Below, piece by piece: positions 28,234-37,786 of a stretch of DNA of 64,000 bases. Origin of the DNA: an uncultured cyanobacterium (GTDB taxonomy: Bacteria; Cyanobacteriota; Cyanobacteriia; CAKZMO01); contig CAVRCJ010000013.1 of NCBI GenBank assembly GCA_963719515.1, positions 64,001-128,000 of the forward strand. The letters run 5' to 3'. The notes under the pieces were generated by a model. The model was not told the DNA's origin. It was given only the letters and a program-made list of their open reading frames with translations, and ran no database searches. Positions within the stretch are counted from its first letter, which is position 1; the number at the start of each line of letters is the position of its first letter. The position numbers and the translations under genes were made by a program.

Positions 28234-30240
28234 ATGAACATATTAGAGACCCCCCAGGGCCGCTTTCGCTTCGACAAGCAGCTGCTCAATCGATTTGTCG
28301 AAATTGCCCAGCCCTACTTCTACCCCACCAACGGTCGAGGAACGGGAACCTTTGTCGGGCTGCTAGCTACCATTTTGGTTCTGGTCGTTACGGTGATGTT
28401 CTTCGTCGTTGCGGGGCTGACTAAAGGGGGGCAGCTGGTTGCTAGCGATTTCTTCACGCAGCTCGCAGCGCCTTTGGTCGAACGGGTTGACGGTCTCCTC
28501 AATTCAGCGGCCCTACCCGTCGCCCTTGCCGCCCTTGCGGGATGCGCAGCAATTTTTGCGCTGCAGCACCGGGTTATGCGGCAGCGCTGGCGGCAGTGGT
28601 TCTTACTCAGTTTGCTGCTGTTCCTGGCGTTTGTCGTCAACAGCATGAACGTCGCCCTCAGCTATATCTTTCGCATTATCGACAACGCGCTCAACCAAAA
28701 AGAAGCGCCGCTGTTCTGGCAGTTTTTGTTTATCTACGCGGGGATCATTGTCTTAGCAATACCGGTGGGAGCGCTGTATCAGTACGTGCGCCAAAAGCTG
28801 GCCCTGCACTGGCGAGAGTGGCTGACGACGCTGTTTTTAACTCGATACTTTCGCAATCGCGCCTACTACGACCTCAACTCCAATGCCGTCAACCCCGAAA
28901 TTGACAACCCCGATCAGAGAATTACGGAGGACATCAAGGCCTTCACCGAAGTGACGCTGTCTTTTTTGCTGGATATTCTCGACTCGGTGCTGGGGCTAAT
29001 TTCCTTCGCTACGGTGCTTTACAGCATCTCCAAACTCCTAACTTTAGGGCTTTTAGTCTATGCAGGGATGGGGGCGGCGATCGCTATTGTCGTAGGGCAG
29101 CGGTTGATTCGCATCAACTACGATCAGCTGCGGCTAGAGGCCAACTTTCGCTACAGCATGGTGCATGTGCGCGACAACGCTGAGTCTATTGCCTTTTATC
29201 GGGGTGAGCAGCTTGAAGAAGAGCAGGTGGGAGAGCGACTGCGGCGGGTGCTGAGCAATTCCAATCTGCTAATTATTTGGAATTCTATTATCGTATTGCT
29301 GCAGCGGGGGTACAACTACTTCACGCGCATCGTGCCCTACACCATCGTTGCGCCGCTCTACCTGATGGGGGAGACGGATTTTGGCACTATTGGCCAAGCC
29401 AGCCTCGCTTTTCGCATCATCCTAGATGCCCTCTCCGTGATTACAAACCGCATTGAAGAGATCGCCAAGTTTGCGGCCAGCATCAGCCGTCTAGGGGCGT
29501 TTTACGAATGTCTCCACGACCCAACCCTTCCCCCAGCGCTGCCTCCCTCAGGCCGCCCAGCGCAATCCATCATTCAAACCCGCATCGCCCCGGCCCTGTC
29601 AATCGAGAACTTAACACTGCGCACCCCTAACTCAGAGCAAACCCTAATTGAGCAGCTGTCTCTGGAGGCGACCGTCAGCGATCGCCTGCTGGTGGTCGGG
29701 GCCAGCGGCTGCGGCAAAAGCTCCCTGCTGCGGGCGATCGCGGGGCTCTGGACCAACGGCGAGGGCGTGATTTACCGCCCTGACGTCACCAATATCTTGT
29801 TCTTGCCCCAGCAGCCCTACCTGCTGCTGGGCACCCTGCGAGACCAAATTGTCTATCCCAGCCGCTTCGATACCCTCACTGACGACGCTATCCATCAAGT
29901 TCTCAAGCAGGTGAACCTAGGCACCCTGCCTGAGCGGGTGGGGGGCCTAGACCAAGAGCGAGACTGGCCCACCCTGCTCTCCCTCGGTGAGCAGCAGCGG
30001 CTGGCCTTTGCCCGCATCTTATTAACTCAGCCCAAATACGCCATCTTAGACGAAGCCACCAGCGCCCTAGACGTGAACAACGAGCGTCACCTCTACAAGC
30101 AGCTGCGCCACATGGAAATCAGCTACCTGAGCGTGGGCCACCGGCCTAGCCTCGTCGATTACCACGACAACGTGCTTGAGCTAGGGGAGAGCCGCTGGCA
30201 GCTCACCGAGTCCAGCAGCTATCTGTTTAATCTGACCTAG
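28234..30240 (+). CDS. Fused ABC transporter permease/ATPase (ABCD/YddA-like)
   Basis: DNPDQRI, NAESIAFYRG, Walker A GASGCGKS, LSLGEQQRLAFAR, ILDEATSALD. Confidence 0.93.
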   Translation: MNILETPQGRFRFDKQLLNRFVEIAQPYFYPTNGRGTGTFVGLLATILVLVVTVMFFVVAGLTKGGQLVASDFFTQLAAPLVERVDGLLNSAALPVALAALAGCAAIFALQHRVMRQRWRQWFLLSLLLFLAFVVNSMNVALSYIFRIIDNALNQKEAPLFWQFLFIYAGIIVLAIPVGALYQYVRQKLALHWREWLTTLFLTRYFRNRAYYDLNSNAVNPEIDNPDQRITEDIKAFTEVTLSFLLDILDSVLGLISFATVLYSISKLLTLGLLVYAGMGAAIAIVVGQRLIRINYDQLRLEANFRYSMVHVRDNAESIAFYRGEQLEEEQVGERLRRVLSNSNLLIIWNSIIVLLQRGYNYFTRIVPYTIVAPLYLMGETDFGTIGQASLAFRIILDALSVITNRIEEIAKFAASISRLGAFYECLHDPTLPPALPPSGRPAQSIIQTRIAPALSIENLTLRTPNSEQTLIEQLSLEATVSDRLLVVGASGCGKSSLLRAIAGLWTNGEGVIYRPDVTNILFLPQQPYLLLGTLRDQIVYPSRFDTLTDDAIHQVLKQVNLGTLPERVGGLDQERDWPTLLSLGEQQRLAFARILLTQPKYAILDEATSALDVNNERHLYKQLRHMEISYLSVGHRPSLVDYHDNVLELGESRWQLTESSSYLFNLT

Positions 30241-30257
30241 GGCGGGGTCTTAGGCCG

Positions 30258-31490
30258 CTATTCAGCACCTGTGCTATCCGTGTCAGAGTCTGCATCCGGC
30301 TCCAGCGGGCGACCGTACCAGGGGCTGACCTCGACCACCCCGTTGGAGCGCAGGACCACCCGAAACTGACCAATGGGCGCTAGGGGAAGGCCATCGCCCT
30401 GAGGAAGCTGAGTGAGCTGGAGAAGCGGGGTCTGGTCGATCTGTTCTAGGGCCGCATCGTTGACGTATTTGAATCCAATGATTTCCCCGTCGCTGTTGGT
30501 GCCCACGCGGTAGATCAGTTCATCAACGCCGTCGCCGCCGTCCCATGAGCGAGAGATAGACCGCCTCAGCTTAGGAACGAGCGCGTCAATTTGGTCGGGG
30601 TCGGAAAGCGGAACGGCGTTGGTAAACAGCTCGTCAATGGCCTCTTCGTCAATCTCATCACGGCTGAGGCGATCGCGGGCCGCTGTAGCGTTGTTCGGCG
30701 CATCGGGGCTGGCCGCGAGCTGGTTGGGTTCAATGGAGCTATCGACCGGGCCGCCGCGCTCCGAATCTACTTCGTCTGGGGAAGCCTCTACTGGATCGGT
30801 GTCTTCAGGGTCAAGAGCCTCAAAATCTTCTGCGTTGGGGTCATCCCCGGCGCTAGAGGAATCCGCGCCCTCCTCGACCTCTTCGGTCACCGGGTCGCGC
30901 TCTAGCTCGGTCGGACGAAATTCTGGCGGGGCAACAAAGAAGAGGGCGATCGCCGCTGCAGCGAGGCCAGACACCCCCAACGCTGCCGGGACAACCCGCC
31001 GAGAGAGAGGCTCTTGCGGGGCAACCGAGCGCCGCGACACGGAGGAGAGGGGGAGCACGAGATCAGGCAGGGTCTGCGCGTCGGCGACGAGCTGATCCAC
31101 CGCCTCGACGAGGTCGAACAGCTGCACCGTCGTCAGATCGAGCTGCTGCACCTCAGCGCTATCGACGATGCCGCTCTCTATGGCAGTTTTGTCGGGCTGA
31201 ACCACCAGCCGGTGGCGGTTGAGCCCCAGTCGGTCTAGTCGGACGCCCTCACTGGCGCTATCGCGAGGAATATTGCTGAGGATGCCCTGCGCGTAGGTGC
31301 TCACCACCTGTGCTAGAGCCTGAACGAACTCCCGGCCCCCCACAAGCGGCTGGGGGTGGCCCGCCACGTGGCACTCGGCGTTGGTGATCATCGACAGCAC
31401 AGGGCGCGCCGTACCGTCCGCTGGGTCACTACTCCAGCCCTCAACGATTAGGCGGCAGTTGGGTAGGTCGTAATGACGCTGAATCGTCAT
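30258..31490 (-). CDS. DUF4335-type cyanobacterial membrane protein
   Basis: MTIQRHYDLPNCRL N-terminus, LTTVQLFDLVEAVDQ..D.QTLP, one TM helix, C-terminal VVEVSPW; overlaps the upstream DUF3038 gene by 4 bp. Confidence 0.8.
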   Translation of the reverse strand: MTIQRHYDLPNCRLIVEGWSSDPADGTARPVLSMITNAECHVAGHPQPLVGGREFVQALAQVVSTYAQGILSNIPRDSASEGVRLDRLGLNRHRLVVQPDKTAIESGIVDSAEVQQLDLTTVQLFDLVEAVDQLVADAQTLPDLVLPLSSVSRRSVAPQEPLSRRVVPAALGVSGLAAAAIALFFVAPPEFRPTELERDPVTEEVEEGADSSSAGDDPNAEDFEALDPEDTDPVEASPDEVDSERGGPVDSSIEPNQLAASPDAPNNATAARDRLSRDEIDEEAIDELFTNAVPLSDPDQIDALVPKLRRSISRSWDGGDGVDELIYRVGTNSDGEIIGFKYVNDAALEQIDQTPLLQLTQLPQGDGLPLAPIGQFRVVLRSNGVVEVSPWYGRPLEPDADSDTDSTGAE

Positions 31491-32092
31491 GAAATTTCTC
31501 CATCAAATAGACTTGCCCACAGACGCTGTGGCCCAGCGGTACCCGTACAGAAGAGTAGCTGATTTAGGAGATCCAATGCTAGGTGGTTGAGCTTATCGGT
31601 ATCGCGGTAGGCGATGACCGCCGCTCGCTTGGGGTTCATGCGGGCGTGAAAGTGGGCTCTAAAGCGCTCTAAATAGTTCGCCAAACCAAAGTTGTGGTCT
31701 AGGGAAAGCTGTTTGTCCTGCAGCTGCTGGTGGGCGAGCAGCAGCTGCCGAATCGTAGCCGTCAGCCGGCGAGAGAGGTGGCAGGTAATGAGGGCCAGCG
31801 CCTTAGCCTCCCGCAGTGTCATCGGCTGGCGCTGGCTGTTGCGCCGCAGGGGGTTAGTGCTGCGCAGTCGCCACAGGTTAACGCGATCGCCCACAACAGG
31901 CTGCAGGTCTAAATCTGCCGAAATTCGCAACAGCGCCTCGGACCCTCTCAAGTCAAGCGCTTCAACAGCGAGCAGCAGCAGATCGAGCTGCTGCCGCGCC
32001 CGCTTTGGGCAGCCTTGGTCGCTGCGGATGGGATCGTGTAGGCTATCGAGCATTACCGGCATAGAGTGAACCGAGGCGCTGGAGAGTTGCAT
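31487..32092 (-). CDS. DUF3038 family protein
   Basis: QLDLLLLAVEALDL.GSEA, RVNLWRLRSTNPLRR, LLFCTGTAGPQRLWASLFDGE. Confidence 0.82.
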   Translation of the reverse strand: MQLSSASVHSMPVMLDSLHDPIRSDQGCPKRARQQLDLLLLAVEALDLRGSEALLRISADLDLQPVVGDRVNLWRLRSTNPLRRNSQRQPMTLREAKALALITCHLSRRLTATIRQLLLAHQQLQDKQLSLDHNFGLANYLERFRAHFHARMNPKRAAVIAYRDTDKLNHLALDLLNQLLFCTGTAGPQRLWASLFDGEIS

Positions 32093-32506
32093 TCAGGTTG
32101 AACCGTGCTGGAAAGAACAAATCTTTGCATTGTGCCCAGGGAGACGAGGATGCTATTACCGGGAGGAGGTGGAGCCGCAGGACTCCGACTCCACCTCCTC
32201 CCCTCTCGACTTCAGCCCCTCGCCAAAGGGCAATATACCCTTTAATGTTCTGAGCCGCATCCTTCGGGTCAGGATAGGTCCAGTTCAAACTGCTGCGAGC
32301 AGGTTCAAGCTTGGACGGTGACCTTTAGCCTCAGACGCTATAGACTACAGAGGGCTTCTGGGCTTTCTGGAGAGTACTGGCGTGGAAGCCGTCGACGACA
32401 GGTCAGGTCACGGACAGGTGATATACCGTCTGCCCGGTAGTTTATTCTAGCGCCTGGTCTCGTAGCATAAACGTAAGCGGTATTTACCCCCTTATTTAGA
32501 CCTGCG

Positions 32507-34471
32507 ATGAATTCCTCCTCCAACGCGATCCTAACCCGTAGCCCAGTCGACTACAGCCATGTCCGGGCGCTGTCCGACGTTTGGGCCTTGGCGGCAGAGA
32601 AATTTGAGTCGACCGTGGCGCTCTGGGCTCCCCATCAAAGCCCAGAAACTCAGCTAACCTACCGAGAGGTTTATCAGGCCATCCAGGCCTTTGCGGCAGG
32701 GCTACAGGCGCTAGGAGTGCAGCCGGGAGACCGGGTGGCGCTGTTTGCGGACAATTCGCCCCAGTGGTTTGTGGCAGACCAGGGGGTGATGCTGGCGGGG
32801 GGCGTCGATGCCGTGCGCAGCTCTCAAGCCGACAAAGACGAGCTGCTGTTTATCTATGACAACAGCGGCAGCGGCGGGCTAATCGTTGACTCTCTGGCCG
32901 CCTTGAACCGACTGCAGGCGCACTGGGGCGATCGCTCCCTGCCGTTTATTGTGCTGCTGTCGGATGAGCAGCCCCCGGAAGGCGGCGTCAAAAGCCTCAA
33001 CTATGCTCAGCTGCTGGCGCTAGGGCAAGACGCCGAGCTGTCGCCCACTCAGCGCGGTGGAGATGACATGGCCACCTTGATTTACACCTCGGGCACCAGC
33101 GGTCGCCCCAAAGGCGTGATGCTCAGCCACGACAACCTGCTCTATGAGGTGAATACCGTTCCCCACATCGTGACGCCCCAGCGGGGAGAGCGAGTGCTGA
33201 GTATTTTGCCCAGCTGGCATTCCTACGAGCGCACCTTTGAGTATTTTGTGCTCTCCCAAGGCTGCACCCAAATCTACACCAATATTCGCTACATCAAACA
33301 GGACTTCAAGCAGTACAAACCTCAGTACATGGTGGGGGTGCCGCGCATCTGGGAGTCTATTTATGAAGGGGTGCAAAAGCAGCTCCGAGAGCAGCCCGCC
33401 AGCAAGCAGCGGCTGGTGCAGTTCTTCCTAGACGCCAGCGATCGCTACGTGAAGGCGCGGCGGTCTGCGGAGGGCCTTGACCTCGACAATCACCTGCCGT
33501 CTCCCCTACAAAAGGCCCAGGCGGCGCTGACGGCGGCGGCCCTCTATCCTCTGCATCAGCTGGGGGACCGCATGGTCTACAGCAAAGTGCGCGAGGCCGT
33601 GGGCGGCGAGGTGGAATATCTGGTCAGCGGCGGGGGCTCATTGGCCAAGCACCTTGACCTGTTTTACGAAATCATCGGCGTCGAGGTGCTGCAGGGGTAC
33701 GGCCTGACTGAAACCTCCCCCATCACCAACGTCCGCCGACCAGGGCGCAACTTTCGCGGCACCTCTGGCCCGCCCCTAGAGCGCACCGAGATTCGCATCG
33801 TCGATCTTGAGACGCGGCAGCCGTTGCCGCCCGGAGGACAGGGGCTAATTCTCATTCGCGGCCCCCAGGTGATGCAGGGCTACTATCAGAACCCTGACGC
33901 TACGGCCAAGGCAATTGACCCAGAGGGCTGGTTCGACAGCGGCGATCTCGGCTGGCTGACCAAAAGCGGCGATCTGACGATTACCGGGCGGGCCAAAGAC
34001 ACTATCGTGCTCACCAGCGGCGAAAATATTGAACCCCAGCCCCTTGAAGACGCCTGCATCCGCAGCGCCTACGTTGACCAGATGATGGTCGTCGGTCAAG
34101 ATCAGCGGTCTTTGGGGGCGCTGATTGTGCCCAATATCGATGCGCTAAATCAGTGGGCCAAAGGCCAGCAAAAGGCTTTGACCGTGCCTGAGGACTGCCG
34201 CCTGCCGGGGTGCGACACCCTCCCCAAGGTCAGCGATGAGGCGGTGGCGATTTCGCTGACCGGCAACGCCGTGCAGTCGCTGCTGCGCCAAGAGCTAAAC
34301 CGCGAGGTCAAAAACCGCCCCGGCTACCGCGCCGACGACCGCATCGGACCGTTCAAAATTTTGATGGAGCCTTTCACCATCGAAAACAGGCTGTTGACCC
34401 AAACTCTCAAGGTCCGCCGCCCTGCAGTAATGGATCGATATAGCGGTATGATCGACGAGATGTTTGGTTAG
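32507..34471 (+). CDS. aas: Long-chain acyl-ACP/CoA synthetase
   Basis: YTSGTSGRPKG, GYGLTETSP, GRAKDTIVLTSGENIEPQP; aas-ylqD-pdhC order as in other cyanobacteria. Confidence 0.88.
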   Translation: MNSSSNAILTRSPVDYSHVRALSDVWALAAEKFESTVALWAPHQSPETQLTYREVYQAIQAFAAGLQALGVQPGDRVALFADNSPQWFVADQGVMLAGGVDAVRSSQADKDELLFIYDNSGSGGLIVDSLAALNRLQAHWGDRSLPFIVLLSDEQPPEGGVKSLNYAQLLALGQDAELSPTQRGGDDMATLIYTSGTSGRPKGVMLSHDNLLYEVNTVPHIVTPQRGERVLSILPSWHSYERTFEYFVLSQGCTQIYTNIRYIKQDFKQYKPQYMVGVPRIWESIYEGVQKQLREQPASKQRLVQFFLDASDRYVKARRSAEGLDLDNHLPSPLQKAQAALTAAALYPLHQLGDRMVYSKVREAVGGEVEYLVSGGGSLAKHLDLFYEIIGVEVLQGYGLTETSPITNVRRPGRNFRGTSGPPLERTEIRIVDLETRQPLPPGGQGLILIRGPQVMQGYYQNPDATAKAIDPEGWFDSGDLGWLTKSGDLTITGRAKDTIVLTSGENIEPQPLEDACIRSAYVDQMMVVGQDQRSLGALIVPNIDALNQWAKGQQKALTVPEDCRLPGCDTLPKVSDEAVAISLTGNAVQSLLRQELNREVKNRPGYRADDRIGPFKILMEPFTIENRLLTQTLKVRRPAVMDRYSGMIDEMFG

Positions 34472-34694
34472 ACCCCACGAGTCCTAAGCGGTCTATTCCG
34501 ACGGCAGACGGTAAGTCCTCTTGCGTCTGGCGAAGAGCGTGAGCTGGGTGAGCCCTAGGTTGAGCTAGAGGATATAAAGATTTGGCTAGCGATCGCCGCT
34601 CTAGATGACATTTGTCGCGGGTTAAACTAAAACGGATTGTGGGCTAAATATACGTCAGGTTACTCATAGACTCAAAGATATACGGCAAAATGTT

Positions 34695-35126
34695 ATGGAT
34701 TTATCGTCACAGTTAGTGCTCAAGCGCCCAGTCAACATCAAGGTCGTCGTCACGCCTCGCTGGAAAGAAGAAGTACAAAAGCAGCTGCAGACGCAGGTCA
34801 ACCGGCTCGACGGCCAGCTTCAGCAGCTTGAAACCCAGGCTCAACGGGCCGTTGCTGAACTGCAAAAGCAGGGCGATGCAGCCACCGTACAGATTGAAAG
34901 CGTCCAGACCCAGCTCAACGGCAAGAAGAGCGAGATCCTTCAAAAGAAGAATCAGCAGCTTCAGCAGCTTCAGCAAATTCAAATGCTGGAGATGGACCAA
35001 GAAGTGGCGCAGGGCCAAATCGACAGCTTTTTCTCCGTGGAAAAGGGCGATAACCTGGTGCAAAAAATGCAGGTGGAAATTCTCCTGCGTGACGGTGTCG
35101 TCGAAGATATTCGCGGCGAGCTCTAG
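34695..35126 (+). CDS. YlqD family protein
   Basis: LKRPVNIKVVVTPRWKEE, coiled coil, VEILLRDGVVEDIRGEL. Confidence 0.88.
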   Translation: MDLSSQLVLKRPVNIKVVVTPRWKEEVQKQLQTQVNRLDGQLQQLETQAQRAVAELQKQGDAATVQIESVQTQLNGKKSEILQKKNQQLQQLQQIQMLEMDQEVAQGQIDSFFSVEKGDNLVQKMQVEILLRDGVVEDIRGEL

Positions 35127-35178
35127 ATTCGCTCTTCCTAGATTCCCTCTTAACTAGATTTAATCTGAAATAGTCAAA

Positions 35179-36495
35179 ATGATCCACGAAGTATTCATGC
35201 CTGCCCTAAGCTCCACCATGACGGAGGGCAAAATTGTGTCCTGGCTGAAGTCGGCTGGAGACAAGGTTGAGAAAGGGGAAACCGTTCTGGTGGTGGAGTC
35301 GGACAAGGCGGACATGGACGTCGAGGCCTTCTACGAGGGCTACCTAGCGACCATTCTCGTGGAGGCCGACCAGGTGGCCCCGGTGGGGTCGGTCATTGGC
35401 CTGATTGCTGAAACTGAAGCTGAAATCGAGACCGCGAAGGCTTCTGCTGCCAGCGCGCCTGCAGAGTCGGGCGCGTCTACCACCGCCGCTGCCAAGCCCT
35501 CAGCCGAAGCGGCCCCCGCGGCGACCAGCGCCCCCGCCGAAACCGCTACCCCAGGGCAGACCGCCGCCACTAACGGCAGCGCGCCCAATGGCCGCGCCCC
35601 TAGCGGTCGCTTGGTGGCCTCACCTCGCGCTAAGAAGCTGGCAAAAGAGCTCAAGGTTGACCTGACTACCCTCACGGGGAGCGGTCCCCACGGTCGCATT
35701 GTGGCGGCTGATGTGGAGTCGGCGGCTGGGGCACCTTCCTCGAAGGCCGCTCAGCCCACGCCACCCGCTACGCCGACCTCCACGCCAGCGACCCCGCCCG
35801 CTGCGGCTCCTGCGGCGCTGCCGGGTCAGGTGGCGGCGTTTAATACGCTGCAGCAGGCGGTCAACCGCAGCATGGTGTCCAGCCTGCAGGTGCCCGTGTT
35901 CCGGGTGGGCTACACCATCACGACTGATGCTTTAGACGCGCTCTACAAGCAAATCAAGCCTAAGGGCGTCACCATGACGGCGCTGCTGGCCAAGGCGATC
36001 GCCGCCACCTTGAAAAAGCACCCGGTGCTCAATGCGTCTTATAGCGACGGGGGCACTCAGTACAACACTGACATCAACGTTGCTGTGGCGGTGGCCATGG
36101 ACGACGGCGGACTGATTACCCCGGTGCTGCAGCGGGCCGACCAGATGGATATCTACAGCCTGTCGCGCACCTGGAAAGATCTCGTGGCGCGATCGCGATC
36201 GAAGCAGCTGCAGCCGGATGAGTACAGCACGGGCAGCTTTACGATTTCGAACCTGGGTATGTTTGGTGTGGACAGCTTTGACGCGATTCTGCCGCCGGGT
36301 CAAGGGTCAATTCTGGCGATTGGGGCGTCTCGTCCGCAGCTGGTGGCGATGGACAATGGCCTCATGGGCGTACGCCGGCAGATGCAGGTGAATATTACCT
36401 GCGATCACCGGATCATCTACGGGGCGAGCGCGGCGGCGTTCCTTCGAGATCTAGCGGCGCTGATTGAGAGTGACGCGCAGTCGCTGACGCTGTAG
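35179..36495 (+). CDS. pdhC: Pyruvate dehydrogenase E2, dihydrolipoamide acetyltransferase
   Basis: Lipoyl domain VESDKADM, E3-binding ASPRAKKLAKE...GSGPHGRI, catalytic DHRIIYGA. Confidence 0.95.
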   Translation: MIHEVFMPALSSTMTEGKIVSWLKSAGDKVEKGETVLVVESDKADMDVEAFYEGYLATILVEADQVAPVGSVIGLIAETEAEIETAKASAASAPAESGASTTAAAKPSAEAAPAATSAPAETATPGQTAATNGSAPNGRAPSGRLVASPRAKKLAKELKVDLTTLTGSGPHGRIVAADVESAAGAPSSKAAQPTPPATPTSTPATPPAAAPAALPGQVAAFNTLQQAVNRSMVSSLQVPVFRVGYTITTDALDALYKQIKPKGVTMTALLAKAIAATLKKHPVLNASYSDGGTQYNTDINVAVAVAMDDGGLITPVLQRADQMDIYSLSRTWKDLVARSRSKQLQPDEYSTGSFTISNLGMFGVDSFDAILPPGQGSILAIGASRPQLVAMDNGLMGVRRQMQVNITCDHRIIYGASAAAFLRDLAALIESDAQSLTL

Positions 36496-36533
36496 AGGTA
36501 GGGCGCTAGAGGTAGAGCGCTACGTCACGTTTT

Positions 36534-36561
36534 GTAGGGACGCGGTGTGCCGTGTCCCTAC
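36534..36561. repeat. REP-like palindrome
   Basis: GTAGGGACGCGG-TGTG-CCGTGTCCCTAC between convergent genes. Confidence 0.65.
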
Positions 36562-36628
36562 CGCACTTTAAAGGTATGCCGACGGTACTGCGGCGGCCGT
36601 ACCCCTGCCCTGCGCGCGGGTGAGGGCG

Positions 36629-37000
36629 CTAAAGATCAGAGATTTCTTCGGCAAGCTGAAAGTCTAGCTCCGTCAAGCCGCCCGCATCGTGGGTCGTGAG
36701 CGTAATCGAGACGCGGTTGTAGCGGATGGTGATGTCGGGATGGTGGCCTAAGGCCTCGGCGGGCGCGACCAGGCTGTTGACGAAGGCGATCGCCTCTACG
36801 AAGTCCGTGAAGGTGCGGGTTTGGAATAGGGTTTGGCCGTCTGTGGTCCAGTCGGGTAGGGCCTGCAGGTTTGCGATGATTTCGGAGTCGCTCAGGGGGG
36901 CTTCTTGGGCCGCGCTTGTGGGTGCGGGCTGAGCGGCGAGGGGAGGAAGCCCCGGAAGGAGCAGGCTGAGGATGAGGGTGATGGTGAGCAGTGGGGTCAT
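36629..37000 (-). CDS. Pterin-4a-carbinolamine dehydratase-like protein with N-terminal signal peptide
   Basis: F.DFVEAIAFVN...AEALGHHPDI...LTTHDAGGLTELDF; hydrophobic leader ending in LAA-Q. Confidence 0.88.
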   Translation of the reverse strand: MTPLLTITLILSLLLPGLPPLAAQPAPTSAAQEAPLSDSEIIANLQALPDWTTDGQTLFQTRTFTDFVEAIAFVNSLVAPAEALGHHPDITIRYNRVSITLTTHDAGGLTELDFQLAEEISDL

Positions 37001-37107
37001 GGGAGGGTGATGGATAGGGGGGACGTGCTGTGCCTGTAAGGGATGGGCGGGGCACGTGCTGTGTCTGCAAGGGCGGGGCGGGGCACAGCACGTGCCTTTA
37101 CGATAGG

Positions 37108-37528
37108 CTACGCCGTGGGGGGGCGGGGGATGCGCTTGGTGAGGATGCGCATGATCTCGCCGGGGGCGGCGGCGCGGATGACCTCGGTGGAGTGGATGAT
37201 GGGCAGGGGGATGGACCAGTCGTTGGGGTCTGCGTAGCCGAGCTTATACAGGCGCAGGCGGCAGTCGTTGACGGCGTGGGGGTGGCCGAGGGCGATTAGC
37301 CGCAGGGAGTAGAAGCTGAGACTATCAGGATTGGGGCTGCCGGGACGGGCGCGGACTGGGGCTGCCAGGACTGGGGCTGCCGGGACTGGGGCTGCTGGGG
37401 ATGGGCAGACTTTCTGCGAGGAGAGGATCGGTGGGGATGAACTGGCTGAGGCGCTGTGCTTCGGAGAGGGCTGGCTGATCGGCAGAGGAATGGGTGCGGC
37501 CTTGGGGGCCGTTGGCAAAATGAGTCAT
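37108..37528 (-). CDS. Small cyanobacterial hypothetical protein, frameshifted in a 15-bp repeat as assembled
   Basis: ATG 37528 frame (MTHFANG...PGSPS repeats) joins the LRLIALGHPHAV...LGYADPNDWS..GEIMRIL frame if the 10-bp unit at 37345-37354 is restored to 15 bp. Confidence 0.6.
37330..37399. repeat. 15-bp tandem repeat (ACTGGGGCTGCCGGG-like, 5 units, one truncated)
   Basis: Units at 37330, 37345 (10 bp), 37355, 37370 and 37385. Confidence 0.85.
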
Positions 37529-37621
37529 GGAAATTTTGGATCCTGTGGTGGGTAGAAAAGACGCCCAGGTCGTTTAGCCATCCACGCGGAGAAGAACGGG
37601 ATGGCTACCACAGGATAAAAT

Positions 37622-37695
37622 CGGCGGTAGCCATCGCGTTGGTACTGTCAACGCGGTGGTAGCTCCCTGGTTGTGTTGACTCCACTTCCAGGGGG
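37622..37695 (+). ncRNA. Candidate two-hairpin antisense small RNA
   Basis: TAAAAT -10-like hexamer at 37616-37621, then hairpins GCCATCGCGTTG/CAACGCGGTGGT and CCCTGG..GTG/CAC..CCAGGG; antisense to the leader of the 37528 gene. Confidence 0.4.
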
Positions 37696-37786
37696 CGCGC
37701 TAAAGTGTTGGGCGTCTTGAAGACTGGGCGCGATTAGCGTCCATGGGTTGATACTTTAGCGGATGTTGGTGGCGCTGACAAGCGTA

